DNA from: a virus
IMG/VR virus record: IMGVR_UViG_3300032296_003821
Coordinates: 30,995-94,994 of that record
Reading direction: 5' to 3' (one strand)
DNA length: 64,000 nt
Both the position numbers and the translations under genes were made by a program. Below are positions 41,452-50,374 of the stretch, piece after piece; within the stretch, counting starts at the first letter, position 1, and every line of letters begins with the position of its first letter. The notes under the pieces were generated by a model, which worked only from the letters and a program-made list of their open reading frames with translations, was not told the DNA's origin and did no database searches.

Positions 41452-41922
41452 ATGATTTATTGGTTTACCGGACAACCTGGAGCAGGCAAAACAGTTTTAG
41501 CAACTGCTCTAAAACAAGAATTGGACAATACTTTCCATGTAGATGGAGATGATTTACGTGCCATTTTTGATAACAAAGATTATAGTGAAACTGGTAGAAG
41601 AAAAAATATTGAGCTAGCACAACAACTAGCTCATTTTCTTCACAATAAAGGAAACAATGTAGTTGTTTCCCTTGTTTCGCCCTATAAAGATCAACGCGAA
41701 GAATTCAAAAACAAACTTGGAGAATCGTTAAAGGAGTTTTATGTTCATACTACTGAAATACGAGGTAGGGAAAATTTTCATGTTGAAAACTATCAACAAC
41801 CAACAGAAAATTATCTTGATCTAGACACTACAAATATTTCAGTTGAAGAATGTTTACAAAAAATTAGAAGTTATGCAGAATTGGAGCAAAAAAGTACACG
41901 TACAGTCATCACTGAAATCTAA
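41452..41922 (+). CDS. cysC: Adenylyl-sulfate (APS) kinase
   Basis: IYWFTGQPGAGKT; VDGDDLR; DYSETGRRKNI; VVSLVSPY...R; lid region shortened. Confidence 0.8.
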   Translation: MIYWFTGQPGAGKTVLATALKQELDNTFHVDGDDLRAIFDNKDYSETGRRKNIELAQQLAHFLHNKGNNVVVSLVSPYKDQREEFKNKLGESLKEFYVHTTEIRGRENFHVENYQQPTENYLDLDTTNISVEECLQKIRSYAELEQKSTRTVITEI

Positions 41923-42277
41923 ACCTAATCAATATGCTATGTTTATTGGTAGGTGGCAACCACTACACGATGGGCATAAAGCATTATTTCAACAAGCTTT
42001 AGATAAAGGAAAAAATGTTTGGATTGCGATTAGAGATGTTGAAACAACTGAATCAAATCCATTTAATGCCCAAGAAGTACTTAAAAATATTGGAGAAGAA
42101 TATAAAGAACTTTGTGGACAAGGTCGAGTTAAAGTTAGTATTATTCCTGATATATGTTCCGTTGAGTTTGGTAGAGGAGTGGGCTATGATATTATTGAGC
42201 ATATACCCCCTACTCAAGTAGCAGAAATCTCAGCTACAAAAGTACGTGAACAAATGCGTAAAGAAGGTAAGCTATGA
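41873..42277 (+). CDS. HxGH-family nucleotidyltransferase (candidate minimal ATP sulfurylase)
   Basis: MFIGRWQPLHDGH; IAIRD; NPF; GRGVGY; ISATKVRE. ATG at 41873. Confidence 0.65.
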   Translation: MQNWSKKVHVQSSLKSKPNQYAMFIGRWQPLHDGHKALFQQALDKGKNVWIAIRDVETTESNPFNAQEVLKNIGEEYKELCGQGRVKVSIIPDICSVEFGRGVGYDIIEHIPPTQVAEISATKVREQMRKEGKL

Positions 42278-42720
42278 AAACAAAAATAAAAAAATTCCAA
42301 ATTCGCTTTAATGTTAATAGCCAATCAGAACATGAACGTTGGCGCCTTATTGAAGATGGTAAAGAATATTTAGTATCTGACATCATCATTGATGGCCACA
42401 CATATACTACAATGGATTGGATGGAAGATCTTCAAGAATATAAATGGCATATCAGCTGTGAGGGATACGTTAATGTCCAAAACAATGTAGCATATGTTGT
42501 AACAGTGAAAGAAGAAGCTGTAATGACACGACATATTCTAAAAACATTATCTTATCGTATTTTAGGTACTTTAACAACTGTTTTAACTGCCTATGCTTTA
42601 GGAGTTTCACTTGAATTATCTTCATTATTAGGTGTAGGAGAACTTATGATTAAACCTACATTATATTTTTTCCATGAACGTGTTTGGTACAAATATATTA
42701 GGATAGGAAAAAAGAAATAA
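42274..42720 (+). CDS. Hypothetical N-terminal domain fused to a DUF2061-like membrane domain
   Basis: C-terminal RHILKTLSYRILGTLTT...IKPTLYFFHERVW. Confidence 0.65.
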   Translation: MKTKIKKFQIRFNVNSQSEHERWRLIEDGKEYLVSDIIIDGHTYTTMDWMEDLQEYKWHISCEGYVNVQNNVAYVVTVKEEAVMTRHILKTLSYRILGTLTTVLTAYALGVSLELSSLLGVGELMIKPTLYFFHERVWYKYIRIGKKK

Positions 42721-42723
42721 CCA

Positions 42724-42731
42724 TATTTATA
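42724..42731 (+). promoter_or_regulatory. Putative late promoter (near-leaderless)
   Basis: ATATTTATA ends 4 nt before ATG 42736. Confidence 0.55.
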
Positions 42732-42735
42732 ACAT

Positions 42736-43389
42736 ATGGCACAAACCTTATCAACTTCTGGAATAGTTACTGGACAAGATGTTCAAGCATGGCATGTTAC
42801 TCAATCAATAGATGCTTTTACTGGAGTAAGTGATTTTGATATTAGAGTATCTGGTTCATTTACATTGACTGGTAGTTTAAAAGTTAGTGGAAGTGTTTTA
42901 GGTAAAACATCTGAATCTGCTTCAATTGCTATAACATCTTCTTATACTAATCAAGTTAGTGTTGCTAATTCATCCTCATTTGCAGTAGTTAATTCTGGGG
43001 ATTTATTAACTTTACAACTATATGCTCCTCAAATTGCTACTTTAGCAGCAAGTACTATATATTTTATGGGGGTAGGAACTAGTCTTATGACTGCTAATAG
43101 AACAGGAATAGTTGTTCCTATAAATGCGGTTATAGTTAAAGCAGTTATTATTTCTACAATAAAAGGATCCCTTACAGGTATGACATCAGCCCCATCTATT
43201 ATGAAAAATAATAGTTCTATTGCTTCTCTTGAAAGTTTAAGATATATTAATCCTATAAATCATGTATTATCTAATATTAATCAAGAAGTATCAGCAGGAG
43301 ATATATTAAGTATTCGTATAGTAACTGATTCGGGACCAACCCCAACTAACGTTACTCATAAAATGATTTTAACCTTAAAACCTCTTTAA
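42736..43389 (+). CDS. Virion structural protein, paralog 1 of 3
   Basis: LSTSGIVTG..VQAWHVTQSIDAFTG..FDI.VSGS; PTNVTH near the C-terminus. Confidence 0.6.
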   Translation: MAQTLSTSGIVTGQDVQAWHVTQSIDAFTGVSDFDIRVSGSFTLTGSLKVSGSVLGKTSESASIAITSSYTNQVSVANSSSFAVVNSGDLLTLQLYAPQIATLAASTIYFMGVGTSLMTANRTGIVVPINAVIVKAVIISTIKGSLTGMTSAPSIMKNNSSIASLESLRYINPINHVLSNINQEVSAGDILSIRIVTDSGPTPTNVTHKMILTLKPL

Positions 43390-44042
43390 TGGCATCTATC
43401 CTATCAAATAGTGGAATATCTTCGGGTAGTATAGTTGAAACAACTCATATTACTCAAATAGTTGATGCTTTTACAAATACTCAAGCATATGATATCACTT
43501 TATCTGGTTCTTTAACAGTAACAGGTAGTGTAATTTTAGATACTACTATTAATAAAAACTTTTTTGGTACTGCATCTTTTGTAACAACATCATCATTTTC
43601 TCTTTCGGCAAGTAATGTATCATATGCTCATACAACTTCATTTGCAAATAATGATACTACATTTTTAGAACTATACCATCCTGTAACCACATTTAATTCA
43701 GCATCTACTTTTTATTTCGCTGATGGAGACCCAGCTATAGGTTCCCCTGAAGGTGTAGGAACTATTTTACCATTTAATGGGTTAATAGTTAGTGCTAGTG
43801 CTACTTCAATTGTAAATGGATCTACAGGAACTTATCAATCTAGTCTTTTTCTAGTTTCAGAAAGTGCTCAAGTTCAAATTGGAGATTTAACCTATACCGC
43901 TAAAAACCAATCAACAAGAGGAGTAATTAACCTCCCATTTACTTCAGGAAGTAGAATATATTGTAGACTTACTACTGATAATGGTACTACTCCAACAAAT
44001 GTTATACATAACGTGATTTTATATATTAAATATAATGGCTAA
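43389..44042 (+). CDS. Virion structural protein, paralog 2 of 3
   Basis: LSNSGISSG..HITQIVDAFT...YDITLSGS; PTNVIH. Confidence 0.6.
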   Translation: MASILSNSGISSGSIVETTHITQIVDAFTNTQAYDITLSGSLTVTGSVILDTTINKNFFGTASFVTTSSFSLSASNVSYAHTTSFANNDTTFLELYHPVTTFNSASTFYFADGDPAIGSPEGVGTILPFNGLIVSASATSIVNGSTGTYQSSLFLVSESAQVQIGDLTYTAKNQSTRGVINLPFTSGSRIYCRLTTDNGTTPTNVIHNVILYIKYNG

Positions 44043-44733
44043 TACATTATCTAAAACAGGTATCCAAATTAATAATGTCATACAACCATGGCATGTTACT
44101 CAATCTATAGATGCTTTTACAGGAGTATCAGCTTATGATATTACTTTATCTGGTTCATTAGATATAATTGGCCCTTTAAATTTAGATTCTCCTGTAACAG
44201 GAAACTTAATTACAAGTGCTTCTTATGCTGTTACGTCTTCATTTGCTTTAACTGCTGTTTCTGCAAGTAATGTAAATTATGCTTTGACATCATCTGATAG
44301 TACTTTTTTACAATTGCATCATGGATTATTTCAAAATCCTGCTCAAAATACAATATATTATTTTGCCCTTGAACCATTATCTGGATCAGGAATTACATTA
44401 ACAACCGACTCAGGTAAAGTAGGAACATATTTTCCTAAAACAGGGATTACTTTTAATAAATGTTCTATCACTACAACAGTACAAGGAACAGCTGGATCAT
44501 CAGAAGCATCAGCTTATACTTTAGTTATAGGAGGATCAAGTGTATCTTTACCTAGTTTAACTCATAATCAACCTGTTTCTTCTAGCACCAATATCATTTC
44601 AGATATTTCTTTAAGTACTCTTGATTCAAGAATTTATGTTGTTTGGAGAACTCCCACAACATGGGCAACTGCACCAACTAATGTTTCTCATAACATAGTT
44701 TTATATGGAACTCGAGGAACAGCAAATATATAA
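44035..44733 (+). CDS. Virion structural protein, paralog 3 of 3
   Basis: LSKTGI..IQPWHVTQSIDAFTG..YDITLSGS; PTNVSH. Confidence 0.6.
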   Translation: MANTLSKTGIQINNVIQPWHVTQSIDAFTGVSAYDITLSGSLDIIGPLNLDSPVTGNLITSASYAVTSSFALTAVSASNVNYALTSSDSTFLQLHHGLFQNPAQNTIYYFALEPLSGSGITLTTDSGKVGTYFPKTGITFNKCSITTTVQGTAGSSEASAYTLVIGGSSVSLPSLTHNQPVSSSTNIISDISLSTLDSRIYVVWRTPTTWATAPTNVSHNIVLYGTRGTANI

Positions 44734-44741
44734 TATTTATA
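44734..44741 (+). promoter_or_regulatory. Putative late promoter
   Basis: ATATTTATAA upstream of ATG 44759. Confidence 0.55.
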
Positions 44742-44758
44742 AACAAAACCCTTAAATT

Positions 44759-45022
44759 ATGTCAATCGTTTCAGAAAAAAAGTTCTTAACAGAAGAAGAA
44801 TTAACAACTTTAAAAGAAATTCAATCAAACACCCGCATTCTTATTTCTGAGTTAGGTGAAATTGAATTAATTAAAATTCAAGTAGAAAATCGTTATAATA
44901 ATGCAAAACAATTTTTAAGCGATCTATCTACTAAAGAACAAGAATTTACCCAATCCATGCTTCAAAAATATGGTAGAGTTAATATCAGCCCAGAAGACGG
45001 TGAAATTACTTTATTAGATTAA
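44759..45022 (+). CDS. Small coiled-coil protein
   Basis: LTEEEL..LKEIQ...ELGEIEL...KYG.VNI..EDGEI. Confidence 0.6.
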   Translation: MSIVSEKKFLTEEELTTLKEIQSNTRILISELGEIELIKIQVENRYNNAKQFLSDLSTKEQEFTQSMLQKYGRVNISPEDGEITLLD

Positions 45023-45041
45023 TCTAGATTGAAATACACCA

Positions 45042-45049
45042 TATTTATA
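45042..45049 (+). promoter_or_regulatory. Putative late promoter
   Basis: ATATTTATAA upstream of sheath 1. Confidence 0.6.
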
Positions 45050-45068
45050 ATAAAATAATTTATTTACA

Positions 45069-47177
45069 ATGGCAGAAACAATTGTATCACCTGGTGTATT
45101 AGCAATAGAGAACGACCAATCATTTATCACTCAAGGACCTGTTACAGCGGGTGCCGCTATTGTAGGACCAACAGTTAAAGGTAAAGTAGGAATTCCTACT
45201 ATTGTAACTTCATATAGTGATTATTTAAATAAATTTGGTGCTACTTTTATTAGTGGTAGCCAAACTTATACTTACTTTACTTCAATCTCAGCATATAACT
45301 ATTTTAATAATGGTGGTACTAGTTTACTAGTTACTCGTGTTGTAAGTGGATCATTTACCCCAGCAACATCTTCTACAATTCCAACTTCAACTGCATTAAC
45401 ATCGGCATCAGCAAATATAGATTTAACATTTATTTCTGCTAGTGTAGCAGCAGTAGGATCAGGATCTTTTAATTTAAATGGAATTACTTTATTTTATTCT
45501 GGTTCTGCACCTGCAAATACTGCTAATACAATATATTTAAATACTGCTTCATTTGCAGGAGCAACAGTAGCTCATTATGTCGCTACCTCCTCTCAATATG
45601 TTAATTTTAGTAGTTCAGTAGCTCCATATAGTTCATCTTGGCAAAACATTAGTTCAAGTATTAACTCACCTAATTTAGTGTTAACTTCTACTGGTTCTAA
45701 TGGATTACTAGGAAATTCTTATTTTTATACTTCAGGAAGTACTACAGTATATTTTTCTGGAGGTACAAATACAGAAGCATTCATTTTAGAAACACTATCC
45801 GAAGGTGAAATAATGAATAGTACTGGCCCTTCAGGTGCTTTTGGTACTTTATTAAGTGGATCTTCCGAAAATATTAGATGGCAAGTTACTAATACTAATA
45901 TTAATACAGGTACATTTACTTTAATAATTCGTCAAGGTAACGATTCAACTATTTCTCCATCTATTTTAGAAACTTGGACAAATTTATCACTTGACCCATT
46001 TGCTTCAAATTATATTGAAAAAGTAATTGGTAATCAAGTTGAAACTGTTCAATTTGACTCTTCAACCGGTGAATATTATGTTGAATTAGTAGGCAATTAT
46101 CCTAATAGATCACGTTATGTACGTGTTAAACAAGTATTAGTAACTACTCCTAATTATTTAGATAATTTAGGAACCCCTAAACCAGAATACACCGGTTCAA
46201 TTTGTTGGTTCTCAAGCGGATCTTTTGGTGCTGCTTCAGGAAAAAATACTCCTACAGGAATTGCTGGGGGATATTATGAAAATATTTCTAATAATAATAT
46301 TCAAGGACTTTCAGCAAACAATTATACTCAGTCTATTTCTTTGCTATCTAATCAAGATGCTTATAATTACAATTTATTAACTGCTCCTGGTTTAATAGCA
46401 GATTCTGTAAATTATCCTTCTCATACTTCTGTAATCAATACTATGATTTCTACAGTTCAAAATAGAGGAGATGCTATGACAGTATTTGATTTAGTCGGAT
46501 ATGGTGCTAATGTTCTTGAAGTTACATCAAATGCTTCAGGATACGATACTTCATATGCTGCTACTTACTGGCCTTGGGTTAAAACAATTGACCCAAATAC
46601 AGGAACTCAAGTTTGGGTACCATCTACTGTTATGATTCCTGGTGTATATGCCTTTAATGATAGTGTTGCTGAACCTTGGTTTGCTCCTGCTGGTATTAAC
46701 CGTGGAGTATTAACTAACGTTATTCAAGCAGAACGTTCATTGACTCAAGGAAATAGAGATTTACTTTACGAAAGTAATATTAATTCAATTGCTACTTTCC
46801 CTAATACAGGTGTAGTAGTATTTGGTCAAAAGACATTACAGAAAAAACCTAGTGCTCTTGATCGTGTAAATGTACGTCGCTTATTAATTGAACTTAAAAA
46901 CTACATTTCTCAAGTAGCAGATACTTTAGTATTTGAACAAAATAATGTAATTACACGAAATAATTTCTTATCTCAAGTTAATCCTTATTTAGCATCAGTT
47001 CAACAAAGACAAGGTTTAACAGCTTTTAGAGTAGTAATGGATGAATCTAATAACCCTCCTTCAGTAGTAGATCAAAATCAATTAATTGGTCAAATTTATC
47101 TACAACCTACTAGAACAGCGGAATTTATTATATTAGATTTCAATGTATTACCTACTGGTGCAACATTTCCTGCTTAA
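45069..47177 (+). CDS. Tail sheath protein, copy 1
   Basis: SPGVLAIEND; YAATYWPWV; PWFAPAGINRG; FGQKTL; DRVNVRRLLI; LQPTRTAEFIILDF. Confidence 0.95.
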   Translation: MAETIVSPGVLAIENDQSFITQGPVTAGAAIVGPTVKGKVGIPTIVTSYSDYLNKFGATFISGSQTYTYFTSISAYNYFNNGGTSLLVTRVVSGSFTPATSSTIPTSTALTSASANIDLTFISASVAAVGSGSFNLNGITLFYSGSAPANTANTIYLNTASFAGATVAHYVATSSQYVNFSSSVAPYSSSWQNISSSINSPNLVLTSTGSNGLLGNSYFYTSGSTTVYFSGGTNTEAFILETLSEGEIMNSTGPSGAFGTLLSGSSENIRWQVTNTNINTGTFTLIIRQGNDSTISPSILETWTNLSLDPFASNYIEKVIGNQVETVQFDSSTGEYYVELVGNYPNRSRYVRVKQVLVTTPNYLDNLGTPKPEYTGSICWFSSGSFGAASGKNTPTGIAGGYYENISNNNIQGLSANNYTQSISLLSNQDAYNYNLLTAPGLIADSVNYPSHTSVINTMISTVQNRGDAMTVFDLVGYGANVLEVTSNASGYDTSYAATYWPWVKTIDPNTGTQVWVPSTVMIPGVYAFNDSVAEPWFAPAGINRGVLTNVIQAERSLTQGNRDLLYESNINSIATFPNTGVVVFGQKTLQKKPSALDRVNVRRLLIELKNYISQVADTLVFEQNNVITRNNFLSQVNPYLASVQQRQGLTAFRVVMDESNNPPSVVDQNQLIGQIYLQPTRTAEFIILDFNVLPTGATFPA

Positions 47178-47202
47178 TAACATATTTTAAGGAAGTTTTA
47201 GA

Positions 47203-47210
47203 TATTTATA
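47203..47210 (+). promoter_or_regulatory. Putative late promoter
   Basis: ATATTTATAA upstream of sheath 2. Confidence 0.6.
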
Positions 47211-47223
47211 ATAAAAAAATACA

Positions 47224-49347
47224 ATGGCAAATTTCACAGTTTCCCCTGGAGTAGCAATTAGCGAAATAGACAACACATTTTTGGCTGGATTACCAATCCC
47301 TCCTGGAGCCGCAATTATCGGCCCAACAGTAAAAGGACCAGTTGAAGTACCAACATTGGTTACTTCATATTCTGATTTTACAACATTATTTGGAGATACT
47401 TTTATTAGTGGTGGTAATTCATACTCTTATCTAACTTCACAAGCTGCTTTTAATTATTTTAATTATGGTGGAACAGCATTATGGGTAGCAAGAGTTGCTA
47501 GTGGATCTTTTACTCCCGCAACTAGTACTACTATTTCGAATAATGTAATAGCTGTTACAGGAGCTTTTTCATCAGCATCATTTAATGCTTCTTCATTTTT
47601 TACAGGATCTGCTACAGGATCTTGGTCAGGAATGAGGATTGAAATTCCTGGGGTGAATGACTATTATGTAGTTCCGAATAATAGTTCATATAACTATTTT
47701 AATAATTTAATAGACACATATTATTCTTCTAGTGGTGCTGCGACTAACAACAATACTGATAATTATATGGCTGTTGTAGTTTCTACTATTAATAACCCAA
47801 CAGCAGAACTTAAAACAATAGGCCTAACAGCTTCATACGACTCAGGAACTGATATCTTTACCCTTTCCGCTATCAACTCAGGAGTTTCTTTAAATGGTGT
47901 AAATATTTACAAAGATGCATATGCTGGAGGTGTTGGTACTTTAGTAGCTACTTTAGCAGGTGGTACTACTAATATAACTTCAAATTCATTTACTCTTGAA
48001 ACCCTTTCTGAAGGTATTATTATGAATAATTCAGGTTCGGAAGTTGCGGGAGCTCTAGTTTCAGGAAGTATAGCTAATATAAGATTTGAAATTACCAACC
48101 CAAATACTGGTTCAGGTACTTTTAACTTAATAATTCGTCGCGGAGATGATACAACTACTAATAAAATAGTATTAGAAACATGGAATAATTTAACATTAGA
48201 TCCAAATTCACCTAGATTTATTTCTAAAGTAATCGGTAATCAATTGCTTTCTTACAATTCTGTTACTAACCAAATGGACGTAACTGGTGATTATCCAAAC
48301 CAATCACGTTATGTTCGTGTAAAAGCCGTTAATTCATTAACTCCAAATTACTTAAACTCAAATGGTTTCCCTCAATCACAATACACTGGCTCAATCCCAG
48401 CTGCTCAAAGTGGTTCATTTACTGGTGCTATAGGTACTGTAAATCCTGTTATCAATTTGAATGAAAATATTACTCAAACAAATACTCAAGGATTAGCAGC
48501 AAGTGATTATAATAATATGATCGCACTTTTAAGTAACGCCGATTTCTACCAATACAACGTAATATTCACCCCAGGACTAATAGCTTCATATCATGCATCT
48601 CAAGTTAATAGCTTAATTGCTAATTCACAGAACAGAGGTGATTGTTTGTATATTCCTGATATGGTTGAATATTCAAGTAATGTTGCTAGTGCAGTAAGTA
48701 CAGCCCAATCATTTGACAACTCATATGCAGCAACATATTGGCCTTGGGTTCGTTTAGCAGATTCAGCTACTGGAAAATTAGTTTGGGCACCGGCTTCAAC
48801 AGTAATTCCGGGTGTATATGCATTTAACGATAGAGTATCTGCTCCATGGTTTGCACCAGCAGGTATTAATCGAGGTGGTTTAGGTACTGTATCATATGCA
48901 CAATATAAATTAACTCAAGCAGAAAGAGATACATTATATGCAAATAACATTAACCCAATTGCAACATTACCTAAACAAGGTGTGGTAGTATTTGGACAAA
49001 AAACATTACAAAAATCCCAATCAGCTCTTGATCGTGTAAATGTACGTCGTTTGATGATTGAATTAAAAGGATATATTCGTCAAATTGCTGATACGATTGT
49101 ATTTGAACAAAATACTATTACAACAAGAAATGTATTCCTTTCTAAAGTTACTCCATACTTAGAAAATATTCAACAAAAACAAGGATTATACGCATTTAAA
49201 GTTGTAATGGATGAATCTAACAACGGACCAGCAGTAATTGACCAAAATCAATTAATCGGCCAGATTTATATTCAACCAACACGCACAGCTGAATTTATTT
49301 CCCTAGATTTCATCTTACTACCAACAGGAGCTGAATTTCCGGGATAA
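47224..49347 (+). CDS. Tail sheath protein, copy 2
   Basis: SPGVAISEID; YAATYWPWV; PWFAPAGINRG; DRVNVRRLMI; IQPTRTAEFI. Confidence 0.95.
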   Translation: MANFTVSPGVAISEIDNTFLAGLPIPPGAAIIGPTVKGPVEVPTLVTSYSDFTTLFGDTFISGGNSYSYLTSQAAFNYFNYGGTALWVARVASGSFTPATSTTISNNVIAVTGAFSSASFNASSFFTGSATGSWSGMRIEIPGVNDYYVVPNNSSYNYFNNLIDTYYSSSGAATNNNTDNYMAVVVSTINNPTAELKTIGLTASYDSGTDIFTLSAINSGVSLNGVNIYKDAYAGGVGTLVATLAGGTTNITSNSFTLETLSEGIIMNNSGSEVAGALVSGSIANIRFEITNPNTGSGTFNLIIRRGDDTTTNKIVLETWNNLTLDPNSPRFISKVIGNQLLSYNSVTNQMDVTGDYPNQSRYVRVKAVNSLTPNYLNSNGFPQSQYTGSIPAAQSGSFTGAIGTVNPVINLNENITQTNTQGLAASDYNNMIALLSNADFYQYNVIFTPGLIASYHASQVNSLIANSQNRGDCLYIPDMVEYSSNVASAVSTAQSFDNSYAATYWPWVRLADSATGKLVWAPASTVIPGVYAFNDRVSAPWFAPAGINRGGLGTVSYAQYKLTQAERDTLYANNINPIATLPKQGVVVFGQKTLQKSQSALDRVNVRRLMIELKGYIRQIADTIVFEQNTITTRNVFLSKVTPYLENIQQKQGLYAFKVVMDESNNGPAVIDQNQLIGQIYIQPTRTAEFISLDFILLPTGAEFPG

Positions 49348-49363
49348 AAAAATAAAAATTGAA

Positions 49364-49371
49364 TATTTATA
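49364..49371 (+). promoter_or_regulatory. Putative late promoter
   Basis: ATATTTATAA upstream of the tube gene. Confidence 0.6.
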
Positions 49372-49393
49372 ATAGAATTAAAATATAAAACAA

Positions 49394-49882
49394 ATGGCAA
49401 TTTTAAATCCAAACGAAATCTTTTATACAGCGTTTGAACCTAAACAAACAAACCGATTTATCCTTTATATGGATGGTGTTCCATCATATTTGGTAAAAGG
49501 AGTAGGAGCAGTGTCTTTAACACAAACAGCAGTTGCCCTTAATCACATCAACGTTCAACGTTATGTAAAAGGAAAAACTGTTTGGAACACTATTCAATTT
49601 ACCCTCTATGATTCAATTACACCTTCTGGTGCACAAGCAGTAATGGAATGGGTACGTTTAGGCCACGAATCAGTAACTGGCCGTGATGGTTATTCAGATT
49701 TCTATAAAAAAGATATTACGTTTAACGTATTAGGACCTGTAGGTGATATTGTTTCTGAATGGATTGTTAAAGGAGCCGTTATTACAGAAGCTAACTTTGG
49801 TGATTACAACTGGGATGATGATGGAACCCCAGTAAATGTTACAGTAACTGTACAACCTGACTACTGTATCTTGAACTATTAA
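49394..49882 (+). CDS. Tail tube protein (T4 gp19-like)
   Basis: FEPKQTNRF; W.TIQFTLYD; AQAVMEW; YKKDI...LGPVGD.V.EW..KGA; follows the sheaths. Confidence 0.9.
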   Translation: MAILNPNEIFYTAFEPKQTNRFILYMDGVPSYLVKGVGAVSLTQTAVALNHINVQRYVKGKTVWNTIQFTLYDSITPSGAQAVMEWVRLGHESVTGRDGYSDFYKKDITFNVLGPVGDIVSEWIVKGAVITEANFGDYNWDDDGTPVNVTVTVQPDYCILNY

Positions 49883-49907
49883 TATTAGGTTAAACAATAA
49901 ACATGTA

Positions 49908-49940
49908 AGAGCTCCAAAGAAATTTGGAGCTTTTATTTTC
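49908..49940 (+). terminator. Rho-independent terminator
   Basis: AGCTCCAAA-GAAA-TTTGGAGCT followed by TTTATTTTC. Confidence 0.85.
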
Positions 49941-49948
49941 TTTCAATA

Positions 49949-49956
49949 TATTTATA
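49949..49956 (+). promoter_or_regulatory. Putative late promoter (near-leaderless)
   Basis: ATATTTATA ends 5 nt before ATG 49962. Confidence 0.55.
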
Positions 49957-49961
49957 ACCAT

Positions 49962-50333
49962 ATGAAACTAGATAGCTTACGTACTTTAGTTAAAGAGGAG
50001 CTTAGCAAGCGACTAAATGAGGAATACCAAGACAAGTTCAAAATGGTAGGTATGCTTATTACTAATATTAAAAAACGCCCTCAAAAAGAAATTTTCTCAG
50101 ATATTCGTTCCATTCCAGGTGTTACAGTAGCATCTGTAAAAGAACCAATGGAATATAGTGAGCAAGATACAGAAAAATTTCAATCTATAATGACCGTTAA
50201 AGTAGATGGTCATCCATGGATTGCATCTAGTGGATTCGACCGTTCAAAAATGGAAGACATTCGCAAAGCTATATTAAAAGTAGAAGGAGTATTATCATAT
50301 AATGTAAATCCTGATAATATTTCTGCTCTTTAA
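49962..50333 (+). CDS. Tagged small protein (putative internal head protein)
   Basis: MKLDSLRTLVKEELSKRLNEE tag; DIRSIPGVTVAS..; ILKVEGV. Confidence 0.55.
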   Translation: MKLDSLRTLVKEELSKRLNEEYQDKFKMVGMLITNIKKRPQKEIFSDIRSIPGVTVASVKEPMEYSEQDTEKFQSIMTVKVDGHPWIASSGFDRSKMEDIRKAILKVEGVLSYNVNPDNISAL

Positions 50334-50335
50334 TA

Positions 50336-50343
50336 TATTTATA
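50336..50343 (+). promoter_or_regulatory. Putative late promoter
   Basis: ATATTTATA upstream of ATG 50375. Confidence 0.5.
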
Positions 50344-50374
50344 TAAGACAATTAAGTTATAATAAATAAAAATT

